Shown: positions 52,513-63,325 of the stretch, piece by piece | Numbering within the stretch: position 1 is the first letter of the stretch | Layout of the letters: each line of letters begins with the position of its first letter | Origin: a candidate division FCPU426 bacterium | Lineage (GTDB): Bacteria; Oederibacteriota; Muellerivitia; Muellerivitales; Muellerivitaceae | Length of the DNA: 64,000 nt | Assembly: GCA_963771075.1 (NCBI GenBank) | Contig: CAVYSE010000028.1 | Location: 366,234-430,233, forward strand | Direction of reading: 5' to 3' | Notes under the pieces: model-generated | Database searches by the model: none | What the model was told of the DNA's origin: nothing | The model's input: the letters and a program-made list of their open reading frames with translations, nothing else | Program-made: the position numbers and the translations under genes

Positions 52513-53419
52513 ATGTCTCTTTTTACAATTCAAAACTTATCTTTTCGATACCCCACCCTTTCAACTTTTGAATTGCACCCCACGAATCTTTCCATTGAAA
52601 AAGGGAATTTGGTCGGGCTTTTGGGACCGAACGGCGCTGGAAAATCCACGCTTTTAAAATTGATGGCCGGATTACTTGCGCCCCAAACGGGACAAATTTT
52701 ATTTGAAGACCGTCCCTTGAAAATCATTCCAGTAAGGGACCGGGCCAAGAAAATAGCCTACGTCCCCCAATCGCTCCATTTCACTTTTCCTTTAAGCGTA
52801 ATGGAAGTGGTGGAGATGGGACAGGCATCCCCACCTGGGCCGGTTTGAGCCGATGGGGACAAAAGATAGGCAAGTCTGCGAAAGGGCCCTGGACCTATGC
52901 GACGCGCTTGGTTTTAAAAACAGGCTATATGAGGAACTCTCGGGAGGTGAAAAACAAAGGGTATTATTGGCTTCCGCCTTGGCCCAATCACCCCATGTGC
53001 TTCTCCTGGACGAACCAACCTTGTCCTTGGACCTTTCCCATCAAATCCTACTCTTTGAAATAATCCAAAACCTCCATCGGGAAGAGAACCTGACCGTGGC
53101 CGTCGCCACCCACGAATTGAATTTGGCGGGCCGATACCTCGATCGGTTGGTTTTGATAAAAGAAGGAAGAATATTAGCGGATGGCCCTTCTTCTTCGGTT
53201 TTAACGCCTTCCGCGATCCAAAATCTCCTTGGAGTTAAGGTAAGGCCCATCCGGATGACGGGGACCTCGCCCTTCTTTATTCCCGGAAATCGGGAGAGAA
53301 AAAATGGAAAATATAAATATTCACCAAAAAGAGACCCAGAAAAAAACTTAATTCCTAAAATAAAAAAATCGGAAAAAACATTTGTTAGAGGTGTCCCAAA
53401 GAGAGTTCAAACCAAATGA
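52513..53419 (+). CDS. Cobalamin ABC transporter ATPase, BtuD-like (frameshift near 52822)
   Basis: GPNGAGKST in the first frame; LSGGEKQR and LLDEP in the second. Confidence 0.88.
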
Positions 53420-54429
53420 TTTCCTCCCAGCAAAGATCAACGGTCCTTTTTCTCCTTTCCATTTCGTTTCTTCTTGCCTTGACCGGCTGTCCCCTGCTTG
53501 GATCAACATCCATTTCCTTTTCAAAAGTTTTCCAGGCTTGGCCTCCCGCTCCTGATAACCAGGACGCGCAAATATTCTTCCAAGTGCGGTTGGCGAGGAA
53601 TCTTTTGGCGGCCCTAACGGGGGCGTCCATGGCCGTCACGGGCGTGGTTTTCCAAGCGATCCTTCGAAATTCCCTGGCTTGTCCTTTTACCTTGGGAATC
53701 GCGGGAGGATGCTCTTTTGGGGCGGTCGCAGCCATCGGACTGGGATTCACGATCGGTTGGGGTGGAATTTCAATGGTGACCCTCTTCGCCTTTTTGGGCG
53801 CGATGGTTTCCATCGGGTTGGTCTATTCGCTAGCTTCCCTGATCCGTTCTTTCTCGGCGACAACCTTGTTATTGGCCGGCGTGGGCATCAATTATTTCTT
53901 CAGCGCCCTGGTCCTTCTTTTTTATTTCATGGCGGATTTTTCTCAGAGTTTTGCCATGATGCATTGGCTGATGGGAAGCTTGGATGTGGTGGAGATCACC
54001 ACGGTAGGCGGTGTGGCTTTGGTTTTTATCATTGTTTTTGTGGCCCTTTTTTCACTTTCCCGTGAGCTGAATCTTCTATCCGCGGGAGAGGAACTGGCGA
54101 GGGTAAAGGGAGTGCCGACGGTTCAAGTGGTCCTGATAGCCGTATTCGCGGCTTCTTTTTTGACCAGCACGGTGGTGGCCTTAACCGGACCAATTGCTTT
54201 CGTGGGTTTGATCGTGCCCCATATTTGCCGTCTTTTGATTGGCAACGATCACCGGGGTTTATTAATCGGTAGCGCCTTGGCGGGAGCGACCTTTTTAATG
54301 CTCTGCGACACCCTTTGCCGTTCTTTATTCGGGCCGACCGAACTGCCAGTGGGTGTCTTAACCGCTTTGGTGGGAGTTCCGGTTTTGCTGGTTTTGCTTT
54401 TCAAAAGAAGGACCTACGTCCAAACATGA
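53416..54429 (+). CDS. Cobalamin ABC transporter permease, BtuC/FecCD-like
   Basis: FQAILRN, GPIAFVGLIVPH and ELPVG motifs. Confidence 0.9.
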   Translation: MISSQQRSTVLFLLSISFLLALTGCPLLGSTSISFSKVFQAWPPAPDNQDAQIFFQVRLARNLLAALTGASMAVTGVVFQAILRNSLACPFTLGIAGGCSFGAVAAIGLGFTIGWGGISMVTLFAFLGAMVSIGLVYSLASLIRSFSATTLLLAGVGINYFFSALVLLFYFMADFSQSFAMMHWLMGSLDVVEITTVGGVALVFIIVFVALFSLSRELNLLSAGEELARVKGVPTVQVVLIAVFAASFLTSTVVALTGPIAFVGLIVPHICRLLIGNDHRGLLIGSALAGATFLMLCDTLCRSLFGPTELPVGVLTALVGVPVLLVLLFKRRTYVQT

Positions 54430-55310
54430 AATTAGCGATTTATCTATTGATCCTTTTGGGGTCCCTTAACCGAATTCATGGAGAAGAAACGCCCAAACGC
54501 CTGATTTCCATGTCGCCCAACTTTACCGAAATTCTCTATGACATTGGCGCACAAGACCAATTAATCGGGGTCACAGATTTTTGTCGGTATCCTCCCGAAG
54601 CGAAGACCAAGGAAAAGGTTGGCGGTTATTACAACCCGAATATTGAGAAAATTGTTTCACTGAAACCCGGGTTAGTTTTACTCCTTCCCTTCCAACAGGA
54701 AACCATTTCCACCCTTCAGAGGTTTCACATTCCCTTGTTCATCCAGGATAATTCTCAATTGAGGGACGTGTACGACAGTTATGACCGGCTTGGCCAATTA
54801 TTGGGCCGAGAGAAACAGGCTCAACAAGCTAAGGAGAAACTTCAAAAGGGGATCGATTCGATACGGGAGAAGGCCAAAAAACGAAAGACCTTTTCCATCC
54901 TTTTTGTGGTGGGTCACGACGCAGAAACATTAAGGCAGATTTACGCGGCGGGACCGAAATCTTTTGTGGATGAGATCATTACCCTATGCGGGGGAAAGAA
55001 TATCATGGCCGGCGCGGGGATGCCTTATCCCCTTGTATCCAAGGAAAACTTAATCGCCCAGGACCCGGACGTCATCGTCGATTCAATGCCAACAGACCAG
55101 TCGACGAACGGCATGATGGAAACCGCGCGTAAGGAATGGAATAAGTTCACTTCCCTTAAGGCAGTCAGGAACAACCGGGTTTACTTTTTAACTCGAGATG
55201 AGGATTTGATCCCAGGCCCTACGGTGCTTGGCTTGGCGCAAACTTTGGATCATATTTTCGAAGAAGTTTTGAAAAGTAATAGTTTGAATGCTCGAAATCC
55301 TGGTCGTTGA
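54426..55310 (+). CDS. Cobalamin-binding periplasmic protein, BtuF-like
   Basis: RLISMSPNFTEILY and PNIEKIVSLKP motifs; start corrected to MKLAI. Confidence 0.88.
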   Translation: MKLAIYLLILLGSLNRIHGEETPKRLISMSPNFTEILYDIGAQDQLIGVTDFCRYPPEAKTKEKVGGYYNPNIEKIVSLKPGLVLLLPFQQETISTLQRFHIPLFIQDNSQLRDVYDSYDRLGQLLGREKQAQQAKEKLQKGIDSIREKAKKRKTFSILFVVGHDAETLRQIYAAGPKSFVDEIITLCGGKNIMAGAGMPYPLVSKENLIAQDPDVIVDSMPTDQSTNGMMETARKEWNKFTSLKAVRNNRVYFLTRDEDLIPGPTVLGLAQTLDHIFEEVLKSNSLNARNPGR

Positions 55311-55552
55311 TAACCCGTTTTTTACAATCAATTTAGAGAAACTTCACTGTAGGTAATCTTTTGGGTACGACCTAAAAACCTGAAAATGGATGATATGCAG
55401 CCTTCTTTGAGTCGCTGTACATATGAATCAATATTCGTTGGATAAAGCAGATCTGGTTTCAAACGGGGGAGCATTGGTCTCAATACTGCAGTAATAATAC
55501 GCATAAACTTTCGTTGACAATTTGTCCTTACAAGAGTATTTAACCTCTACAA

Positions 55553-55692
55553 CTCAAGGTGCTCGGGAAGCCGGTTCGAATCCGGCGCGGACCCGCCACT
55601 GTGAGGGGCGAAATTTTTCTCCCAAGCCACTGTCCAAAAGATGGGAAGGCTAAGAGAGCAAGATGCCCCAAGCCAGGAGACCGGCCTTGAGA
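55553..55692 (+). ncRNA. Cobalamin riboswitch
   Basis: GGGAAGCCGGTTCGAATCCGG, CCCGCCACTGT and AGCCAGGAGACCGGCC; P1 stem CTCAAGG/CCTTGAG. Confidence 0.93.
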
Positions 55693-55800
55693 TGAATTTT
55701 CGACGGCTTCTTCGGGGACTAAGAAGCGGAGAATAAACCTTTTTTCATGGTTTTTCTTCCTTGCCGCTCCCCTAGAAGTCATCGCCTCGGGAGTAGGCTC

Positions 55801-57900
55801 ATGATAAAAGCTTCACGGTTTTCCGCTGTCATTTTGGCTTTTTTTGCAGGTTTTTCACCCGCCTTGCTTGTTGCTCAATCTTCAGAAGCCCCCTTTTCAG
55901 ATAGTCAGGCTAAGGTTGATACCAGTCCCGCGATTGTTACCCCAATTTCAACGGTGGTCAGTTTCCCAACCGTCGTGGAGTCCTCGCCTAATACCCAGTC
56001 AGCGGTGCAATTACCGGAGGTGGTCGTAACCGCCAACCGGCTGGAAACGCCTGCTTCCCAAGTGCCCAATTCGTTAACTGTCATAACGGCTCAGGACATG
56101 GAAAGAAAACAGTCGGAGACGGTGATGGACGCGCTTCAAAATGTTCCGGGGATGGCGGTCGCCCAATCGGGCGGGCCAGGGGAAATCGCGTCCCTTTACA
56201 CCCGTGGAACCCGGGATGGGGATACTTTGGTGCTCATGGATGGCATTCCGCTGAACGACCCGCTGGGTACGTCCCGGTCTTATGACTACCTGGATGAGCT
56301 GACCTTGGGGGGAATCCAGAGGATTGAAGTCCTGAGGGGACCCGAGAGTGTTCTTTTCGGTTCCAACGCCATGGCGGGAGTGATCAATATCATCCCCCGG
56401 GAGGGTTCCGGTCCCACCAGTGGCTCAGTTTTGGCGGAGGGAGGTTCTTACGGGACGACCCGGGAATCGGCTTCGGTGCAGGGTGGAAATTCCAAGTGTG
56501 ATTATGCCTTGAGCACATCCTATTTTAGCACGGCGGGGTTTCCCTCGGCGGACAAGGCTTTTGGGAATAGCCTCAACAATCCCTACAGCGATTTTTCAGG
56601 TCTTCTGAAGGTAGGGGCTCCCCTGGCGTCCAATATCCGGGAAGAGATATTGCTCAATTACAATCAATCAAGCCTAAATACGGACGATGGGGCTGGTTCT
56701 GCGGCTGGTGATCCGGTGATGGATGACCCCTTCTCTTGGGCCAACCAGAAACAGGTTCTCTTGGGCAGTAAAACCCGTTGGACGTTGGGAAATTGGGAAC
56801 AGGACCTCATCCTTTCATTTGTGGACGATAACAGGTCCAATACCGATGTAGCTTCCCCGGCCGCTCCCAACGCTGTTTACGGTGACGCTCAATACCTATA
56901 TGACGGACAAACAGCCCAAATCACCTGGCAGAACGACTTGAGACTTTTGCCGGAGGAAACCTTGGTTTTGGGCCTCCAAGGTTTCCGGGAATGGGGAAAC
57001 AGCTCCTCTATCTCCAACTTTTTCGGTTATAGCACCTTCTACAGCGCGCCTACCCAAAACAGCCAATGGGAAGAAAGTGGCTTCCTGGAGAGCCAGACGA
57101 ACTTGGGAGAACGGTTCTTCTTGAGTTTGGGGAGTAGGATCGATAACTACAACACCAATGGGACCCATGGCACTTATCAGGCTGGGGCGGCCTATTTTGT
57201 CCCGGAACTGGATACGAAGTTGAAAACAACCTATGGGACGGGGTTCTTGGCGCCGACCCTTTACCAGCTTAACGATCCCACCCACGGCAACCCGGCCCTC
57301 CAGCCTGAAACCAATACCGGATACGATTTCGGCTTGGAACAACCCCTAGTAGGGGGTCAGTTAAGGATCGGGGCCACCTATTTCCATAACGATTTTGAAA
57401 ACCAGATCACCTATTACGGCACCAATACCAATGGGGTTTACATCAACAGTAGTTCTTTCCAATCCGAGGGGGTGGAAACTTTCGCCGACGTAAAGATCGA
57501 GAAGGTTTTAACCCTGAAAGGGTCTTATACCTATACTGATGTTGAGACGAATATCCCGGTCACTCTGGCTTATTCCCCACTCCTGAGAAAACCGGCCTAT
57601 CAAGCCGGAGTGGATCTGAATTACCAGTTGGGGCCGGTGGAAGCAGGGGTATCAGGAACCTATGTGGGAAGAAGGCCGGATGTGGATTTTTACGGCTATA
57701 ACCTTCCACCTAACAATTTACCAACCCCGGTTACCCTAAGCGATTATTTTCTGGTCAATCTTCGAGCTTCTTACCAGGTCGATCCGAGCATCAAGTTTTT
57801 CGCCCGGGTGGACAATCTTTTCAACCAGTTCTACGAGGAAGTCTACGGTTACGGAACGCCGGGATTATCCGGGTACATTGGGACCAAAGTTTCCTTTTAA
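55801..57900 (+). CDS. btuB: TonB-dependent receptor, BtuB-like
   Basis: EVVVTANR TonB box, IEVLRGP plug motif, C-terminal Phe; downstream of a B12 riboswitch. Confidence 0.85.
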   Translation: MIKASRFSAVILAFFAGFSPALLVAQSSEAPFSDSQAKVDTSPAIVTPISTVVSFPTVVESSPNTQSAVQLPEVVVTANRLETPASQVPNSLTVITAQDMERKQSETVMDALQNVPGMAVAQSGGPGEIASLYTRGTRDGDTLVLMDGIPLNDPLGTSRSYDYLDELTLGGIQRIEVLRGPESVLFGSNAMAGVINIIPREGSGPTSGSVLAEGGSYGTTRESASVQGGNSKCDYALSTSYFSTAGFPSADKAFGNSLNNPYSDFSGLLKVGAPLASNIREEILLNYNQSSLNTDDGAGSAAGDPVMDDPFSWANQKQVLLGSKTRWTLGNWEQDLILSFVDDNRSNTDVASPAAPNAVYGDAQYLYDGQTAQITWQNDLRLLPEETLVLGLQGFREWGNSSSISNFFGYSTFYSAPTQNSQWEESGFLESQTNLGERFFLSLGSRIDNYNTNGTHGTYQAGAAYFVPELDTKLKTTYGTGFLAPTLYQLNDPTHGNPALQPETNTGYDFGLEQPLVGGQLRIGATYFHNDFENQITYYGTNTNGVYINSSSFQSEGVETFADVKIEKVLTLKGSYTYTDVETNIPVTLAYSPLLRKPAYQAGVDLNYQLGPVEAGVSGTYVGRRPDVDFYGYNLPPNNLPTPVTLSDYFLVNLRASYQVDPSIKFFARVDNLFNQFYEEVYGYGTPGLSGYIGTKVSF

Positions 57901-57938
57901 TCATTGGTTGGGGATGGGCGGATTTGATGGTGTTCCGC

Positions 57939-58679
57939 CTATCCCCTTTGTATTTCCAGCCATCTTTGATCCATGACTTCCAGCATCATGGGGTGAAATC
58001 CCAGGGGGGGTGACATACGAATCTCTATCGTTGGATGTTGAAGACGGAAAATTTTAAGTTGTTCCCTAACCCGATACTGCCACGATCCTCTGAACAATAA
58101 ATAAGGGACAATAAGGACATTTTTTGGATGAAACCCAGCCGCTTCTTTGAGCGCTTCAATGACTGAGGGATGAGCGGCTTCCATAGAACAGGGCAAGACT
58201 TTCTTGAAGCGGGTCAGTTTCGTGAAGTTTCCAGCTTGAGATCGGAAATCCTCCAAAGCTTGAGGGTCGCGAGCCCCCCGGCCCAGGAAAAGAACCACGG
58301 TAGAACCCGGGTTTTTAACCTTTGGCTTTATCCTAACAAGTGCGAGACGAGCGAGTTGAGGGTCAGGCCCCAATTCTTTCCCCAATCGTAATTGAACTTC
58401 GGGATGTTGGTTTTTAAATACATCCAATAATCGAGGGATGTCCGTTTTGAGGTGTTGCGCCGAAAAAAGAAACAGGGGCAGAACATCGATTTCGAGAGAT
58501 CGGGCCGAAAGATGATTCAAAGCTTGATGGATGGAAGGTTCAGCGATTTCTAAAAACGCGGACTGAATAGACCAGGCGGGATGTTTTTTGGCGTATCTTC
58601 GAACCAGGGAATGAAAATCGCGATTAGCTTTGGCTTCCCGGCTGCCGTGTGTGATTAATAAAATCGTCGGAGTTTTCAA
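57939..58679 (-). CDS. cbiX: CbiX/SirB-type sirohydrochlorin chelatase, two domains (start uncertain)
   Basis: THGSR, AFLEIAEPSI and PLFLFSAQH motifs. Confidence 0.8.
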   Translation of the reverse strand: MKTPTILLITHGSREAKANRDFHSLVRRYAKKHPAWSIQSAFLEIAEPSIHQALNHLSARSLEIDVLPLFLFSAQHLKTDIPRLLDVFKNQHPEVQLRLGKELGPDPQLARLALVRIKPKVKNPGSTVVLFLGRGARDPQALEDFRSQAGNFTKLTRFKKVLPCSMEAAHPSVIEALKEAAGFHPKNVLIVPYLLFRGSWQYRVREQLKIFRLQHPTIEIRMSPPLGFHPMMLEVMDQRWLEIQRG

Positions 58680-58731
58680 AGAAATAGGACCCGCCACCGT
58701 TGTTTTGGAAAATGGAAAAATTAGTACTGGA

Positions 58732-59838
58732 TTAATCCTCCGGCTTTTTCTTGCGAGAAGTTTGGGAAAGAGGTTCTTTCCTTTTTTTGAGTTTCGTTGA
58801 AACTTTCGCTGATTGGAAGGTTCCCATTTCAACATGGGTTCGTAAGGCCGACTCGAGAATGTTCAAGGCGAGGGTCCCGCCGGCCCCTTCCCCCACGTGC
58901 ATATTAAGATCTAAAAGGGGCTTTTCCCCGATCATGTTCAAAAAGATGGAATGGCCGGGTTCTTCCGATCGATGAGAAAAGAAAGCGTAATCCAAAACCC
59001 GGGTATTTAACCGATAGGCGACCAGGAATGCAGCCGAAGTGATAAAACCATCCACCACGATGGGAATCCGGTTCTTGGCGCAACCCAGGACGACGCCCGT
59101 GAGGGCCGCTATTTCCAGCCCGCCCAGGCAGCGTAACGCTTCCAGGGGGTTAGCGAGTTCCGAATCGTGAAGCCGTAAACCGTCCTGGATTACCCGGCAT
59201 TTAACGAGCCATTGGGTCCGATTGATCCCTGTTCCAAATCCGGTGACGTCCTCCACCGCGCAAGGAAGAAGCGCGGCCATCAAGGCGGCCGCAGAGGTGG
59301 TGTTTCCGATCCCCATTTCCGCTAAAACGACCCATTGAACATGGTCCCGCTTGGCCTGGGCCGCGAGTTTTAACCCAAGCTGGACGGCTTGGGCGCATTG
59401 GCTTTTGGTCATGGCGGGTTCCACTTTGAAGTTTTTGGTGCCAGGGGCGATTTTGAAGGAAAGTAGCCCCTTTATTTTTGGAAGGTCACTGGCAACCCCC
59501 ACGTCCACCACTTGGAGTTCCGCGCCTGCTTGCTTGGCCAAGGCGTTGATGGCCGCTTTGCCCTTGAGAAAATTGAGAACCATCTCGCGTGTGACCGATG
59601 GGGGATAGGCTGAAACGCCCTCCGCGGTTACCCCGTGATCAGCCGCGCAAAGAATGATTCGTTTCTTCCCGAGCCGGGGCACCTCCTTGACTTGAATCCC
59701 CGCGACTTTCAGGACGATAGTCTCCAAACGCCCCAAACTGCGGGAGGGCTTGATCAATTGGGTTTGCCTTTTTGCGGCTAAGTGGATCGCTTTTTGGCTT
59801 AAAGGTGGAATGGAAATAATGGACTTCGGCAAATTCAT
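58732..59838 (-). CDS. cobT: Nicotinate-nucleotide:DMB phosphoribosyltransferase
   Basis: SLGRLE, ADHGV, EMGIGNTT, GGLEI and GEGAG motifs. Confidence 0.95.
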   Translation of the reverse strand: MNLPKSIISIPPLSQKAIHLAAKRQTQLIKPSRSLGRLETIVLKVAGIQVKEVPRLGKKRIILCAADHGVTAEGVSAYPPSVTREMVLNFLKGKAAINALAKQAGAELQVVDVGVASDLPKIKGLLSFKIAPGTKNFKVEPAMTKSQCAQAVQLGLKLAAQAKRDHVQWVVLAEMGIGNTTSAAALMAALLPCAVEDVTGFGTGINRTQWLVKCRVIQDGLRLHDSELANPLEALRCLGGLEIAALTGVVLGCAKNRIPIVVDGFITSAAFLVAYRLNTRVLDYAFFSHRSEEPGHSIFLNMIGEKPLLDLNMHVGEGAGGTLALNILESALRTHVEMGTFQSAKVSTKLKKRKEPLSQTSRKKKPED

Positions 59839-59923
59839 GGGTTCCCCTTTTGTGAAGCGCTAGGGTCTTGTTTTACCACAGGATTTAAGGAGGAATGAAG
59901 GGTAAAAGTCTTGGAAAGACTAT

Positions 59924-60535
59924 TTATTTTTTCCTGGATTTATTATTCGAGCGAGGGAAGTGGATATCCGAGAAGGAAGGTTTTAGAGGAGATAACCAGA
60001 AACCATCACGAGTGTTGATCCGGACCGCATGGCTTAAAAGGCGAGCTCGATGACGGGGTGAATATTCCAATTTTTTTTGGACCCAAGCTTTTGATTTGTT
60101 CGAACGTTGCGCCCAAAGCAGGTAATGGGTGGATAAGGTCTTAAATGGAAATCGCGTATTCCAAAGGCCCGATAACGCCTTGTTTTCATTTGGGTTTAAG
60201 CGAGGCTTAGCTCCAAGCCGAGAATAAAAAAGAAGGAACTTTTTATGAAATGAGAGCGGTGAATTCTTCTGGTAGATTGACCGCCAAGCATGCCGTAAAC
60301 GGACTGATTTTTTGGAGTATCCTAACGAAAGAAAATGTCCTTGAATTGTATTGCGGTGAACCTGAATGGCATCTGCGGCTTTCAAAATATTCCCATCAAA
60401 GACAACAAACCAATATAGAAAGTAATGCCTTTCCAGGTCCTTGGGGAGCAACCCGCGAGCCCATAATCGATCCAGTAATCGAAGACCGCGAAGTAAGGTT
60501 ATTTTTGAAATAGAGGATGGATATTTTCTGGTCAT
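59924..60535 (-). CDS. Basic hypothetical protein with HTH-like segment
   Basis: DGNILKAADAIQVHRNTI resembles a Fis/PucR-type HTH. Confidence 0.6.
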   Translation of the reverse strand: MTRKYPSSISKITLLRGLRLLDRLWARGLLPKDLERHYFLYWFVVFDGNILKAADAIQVHRNTIQGHFLSLGYSKKSVRLRHAWRSIYQKNSPLSFHKKFLLFYSRLGAKPRLNPNENKALSGLWNTRFPFKTLSTHYLLWAQRSNKSKAWVQKKLEYSPRHRARLLSHAVRINTRDGFWLSPLKPSFSDIHFPRSNNKSRKK

Positions 60536-60892
60536 TTAGATCTCTTTACAACAAAGATGAATAAGCAAAAGATAAGGCTAGTGTCCCATGTTCAGGTCAA
60601 TTTTCAAGTTTTGAGGAGAAATTTATTCTCATCACCGCGGGATTAATAGGATTACTAATATTTTGGCCATATCCATCCATTGAACCTCTAGACCAATCCG
60701 GAGAATTATTTTTAAAGGAATGAATTTTGAATTGAGGTGTTGAATAACACCGCCAAACCAAAAACCGCTATGGATGGTAATTTTGGAAATAAAATCTGAA
60801 AGGATGGAATAGGCACATTTCTTTTAGATATTTGAAATAATAAAGAAGGGTTTTTACCCTAAGTCATGTTCAAAAAGGTATAAAAATTGAAT

Positions 60893-61944
60893 GCTGAATT
60901 CAACCAGTAAGTGCAACACCTAGGCGAAAGACTTGCTCCGGCGTTTTGAAGCCAAGACACTTGCGGGGACGACCATTGAGAATCCGTTCCACGCGCCTGA
61001 CTTGAGCTGGGGTTATGTTAGCAAAATCGGTTTTCTTCGGATAGAAGCGTCGAATCAAACCGTTGGTGTTTTCCACGGTGCCTTTTTCCCAACTGTGGAA
61101 TGGCAGGCAGAAGAAAGACCTAGTGCCCAAAACGGCATTGACCTGGAGGTGTTCGACGTTCTCCGAGCCGTTGTCATAGGTGATGGTCCTGCGGAGTCCC
61201 TTGGAAAATTGACCGAGGCGACGATTGATAGCCATACGGGTATTTGACGCGGATTTCTGGGGCAGCCAAGCAAGTTTTACCAGTCGGCTCTTTCTTTCGA
61301 CCATGACCAAGATAGAAGCTTTGCTCTGCCTGGAAATGATAGTGTCCATCTCCCAGTGGCCGTATTGGTCCCGTGCCTTGACGATGGCAGGGCGTTGGGT
61401 GATTGAAACGCGTTGTGGGATATGGCTTTTGCGGTGATTGTGGGAATGCCATCGCCGAAGTCGTTTTCGATGGGAGCGAGCCAAGAAGGGAATGAGATGC
61501 CGAGCTTTGCTATAGATGAACTGGTAGACGGCCTCGTGGGAAATGGAGATTTTGGATTTCTCCTGGTGAAGTTGACCGGCGATTTGTTCGGGTGAAAGAC
61601 CTTGCCGAAGTTTACGCAAGACATACCGGCGCAGTTCGGGTTTCTTGAGCCGAAAGTGAGTTCGAGAGATCTGGTTGCGCAAGATGGCCCGATCGTGAGC
61701 CCTGGCAGGAAGATACCGGCCGGGACGTAAGGGAGGGGCGTTGCGCTTCAACTCTCGGGAAACGCTGGAAACATCACGGCCAAGGCGTTTGGCGATTTTT
61801 CGCAGGGAAAGGCCTTGAGCCTTCCAAATAGAGATTTTTTCACGTTCGGCTAACAATAGATGCCTGTAGGATTGTTTCATGAAACTTAGGATAACCCCCG
61901 GGTTCTGCCGGGCCTAAGTGTTGCACTTCGTTATTGAACTGGGG
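60893..61944 (-). mobile_element. IS30-family insertion sequence
   Basis: Imperfect terminal IRs (TTCAA..AAGTGCAACACYTAGGC) at about 60893-60925 and 61912-61944; candidate AAT target duplication. Confidence 0.9.
60900..61880 (-). CDS. IS30-family DDE transposase
   Basis: SPEQIAG, GHWEMDT, TYDNGSE, WEKGTVENTNGLIR and RPRKCLGFKTP motifs. Confidence 0.96.
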   Translation of the reverse strand: MKQSYRHLLLAEREKISIWKAQGLSLRKIAKRLGRDVSSVSRELKRNAPPLRPGRYLPARAHDRAILRNQISRTHFRLKKPELRRYVLRKLRQGLSPEQIAGQLHQEKSKISISHEAVYQFIYSKARHLIPFLARSHRKRLRRWHSHNHRKSHIPQRVSITQRPAIVKARDQYGHWEMDTIISRQSKASILVMVERKSRLVKLAWLPQKSASNTRMAINRRLGQFSKGLRRTITYDNGSENVEHLQVNAVLGTRSFFCLPFHSWEKGTVENTNGLIRRFYPKKTDFANITPAQVRRVERILNGRPRKCLGFKTPEQVFRLGVALTG

Positions 61945-62120
61945 AATTTAATTATAATTCAAAGTCCCCATTAATTTTTTCATCAATTATTTTTCTTCTT
62001 TTATTACACGACACTTCATACGCTTATGATGAAAAGTTAGATGAATTTAGAGGTCAAGTTCAGCAATTTTGTTTATCGGCCAATAAATTAGACATCGAAA
62101 AACAATATTTAGATTCTTTC

Positions 62121-63089
62121 TTGAACACCGAACAAAATCCAAAAATACGAGTATTTTGGAAATATTGGTATGCCATTAACAATCCTGAAGAGGAAATGTT
62201 ATTAAACAAACTGGTTTCAGAAGAACCGGATGCAACTTTTCCTGAAAGCAAATACACAGATTGTATTTCCCATGCGTGTTATCCATTCTTGGTCAATCCG
62301 GATCAAAAAATAATTCATTCAGTCAATATTGCGCTTGGCCTTAAATATTATGAGATGGCGAAAAAATCGAGCGTATCGGAAAGCGAAACCAAGAGAGATG
62401 TTCAAAAAGCAGAGTACTATTTTGAAAAAGAGATCCAAACTTCGGAGGAAAACAGCGACTTTAAAAACATGTCTTATTATTTCCTTTTAGATCTTTATCG
62501 GAATGTTGGGTTAAAAGAAAAACTGTGTTCGCTGATCGACCAAATCCTTTCGAAAGTAAAGAACGATTTTTATGTACTGCCATTCGACTGTGGCGAAGGC
62601 GAGAGCGGAAGATTAATGCCGGAAGCTCTCTTAACTAAAGTGGGTTGTTGTGCAAAAGACGAAAGTGAGAAAAAACAACTTTTGAGAAAACTTGTATTAC
62701 CGAAAGGAGAGAAGCGAATTTTTAATGGCCAAGAATGGTTTGATTGTAACAGGAGCGGTGACTATTACGAATTGGCAATTTATTTAGGCGACGAAAGTTT
62801 TTGCCGCGAATTACTAAAGGACGAGTCGATAAAAAACAGTCATGGATTTGTATTAAACATTAAGTTAGCGCAGATATTTTTATTAAAGGGCGATAAAAGT
62901 ACTGCAAAAAAATATTGGAAGGATTCTATAAAATATGTCCCCCCCACTGGTTGGGCTGGTCAATTTGAGTTGGATAAAGAAAAATTTATAAACGATTTTC
63001 CTGATGACTTTGAAACAGGGGATAAATTGCCATTGAAATTTCTAACCGATATCGCTAATCGGTATTATTTGAAAAATGGTAACAATTAA
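62121..63089 (+). CDS. AT-rich hypothetical helical-repeat protein (true start probably upstream, at the IS junction)
   Basis: 322-aa ORF. The frame stays open back to the IS end and includes a hydrophobic signal-like segment. Confidence 0.65.
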   Translation: MNTEQNPKIRVFWKYWYAINNPEEEMLLNKLVSEEPDATFPESKYTDCISHACYPFLVNPDQKIIHSVNIALGLKYYEMAKKSSVSESETKRDVQKAEYYFEKEIQTSEENSDFKNMSYYFLLDLYRNVGLKEKLCSLIDQILSKVKNDFYVLPFDCGEGESGRLMPEALLTKVGCCAKDESEKKQLLRKLVLPKGEKRIFNGQEWFDCNRSGDYYELAIYLGDESFCRELLKDESIKNSHGFVLNIKLAQIFLLKGDKSTAKKYWKDSIKYVPPTGWAGQFELDKEKFINDFPDDFETGDKLPLKFLTDIANRYYLKNGNN

Positions 63090-63294
63090 TATCAGAAAAT
63101 GGAGTAGCGCGATAACCTGATGTGGAAAAATCTAACCGTTTTTTCCAGGCTTTCTATTTCCCGGTCCTAAAATTCATCAATGCACATGGCGCCAACTTGC
63201 CCCCTTGAAGCTTTAGCGGAAAGGGGCCAGTTTTTACCTGGTTTTGGTAAAAATTGGCGGGTTGGCACAATCACGGTGGCACAATACCTACAGG

Positions 63295-63325
63295 CAGTTG
63301 GCAGTTCACAGTTCGCAGTCGGCAG
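63295..63325 (+). repeat. Short tandem heptamer repeat
   Basis: CAGTTGG CAGTTCA CAGTTCG CAGTCGG CAG. Confidence 0.6.

Noticed and set aside
25547..53419. Programmed frameshifting in thiO, mod, cydB and the BtuD-like gene
   Set aside because: No shared slippery site, and indels are widespread in the window, so sequence error is the simpler explanation.
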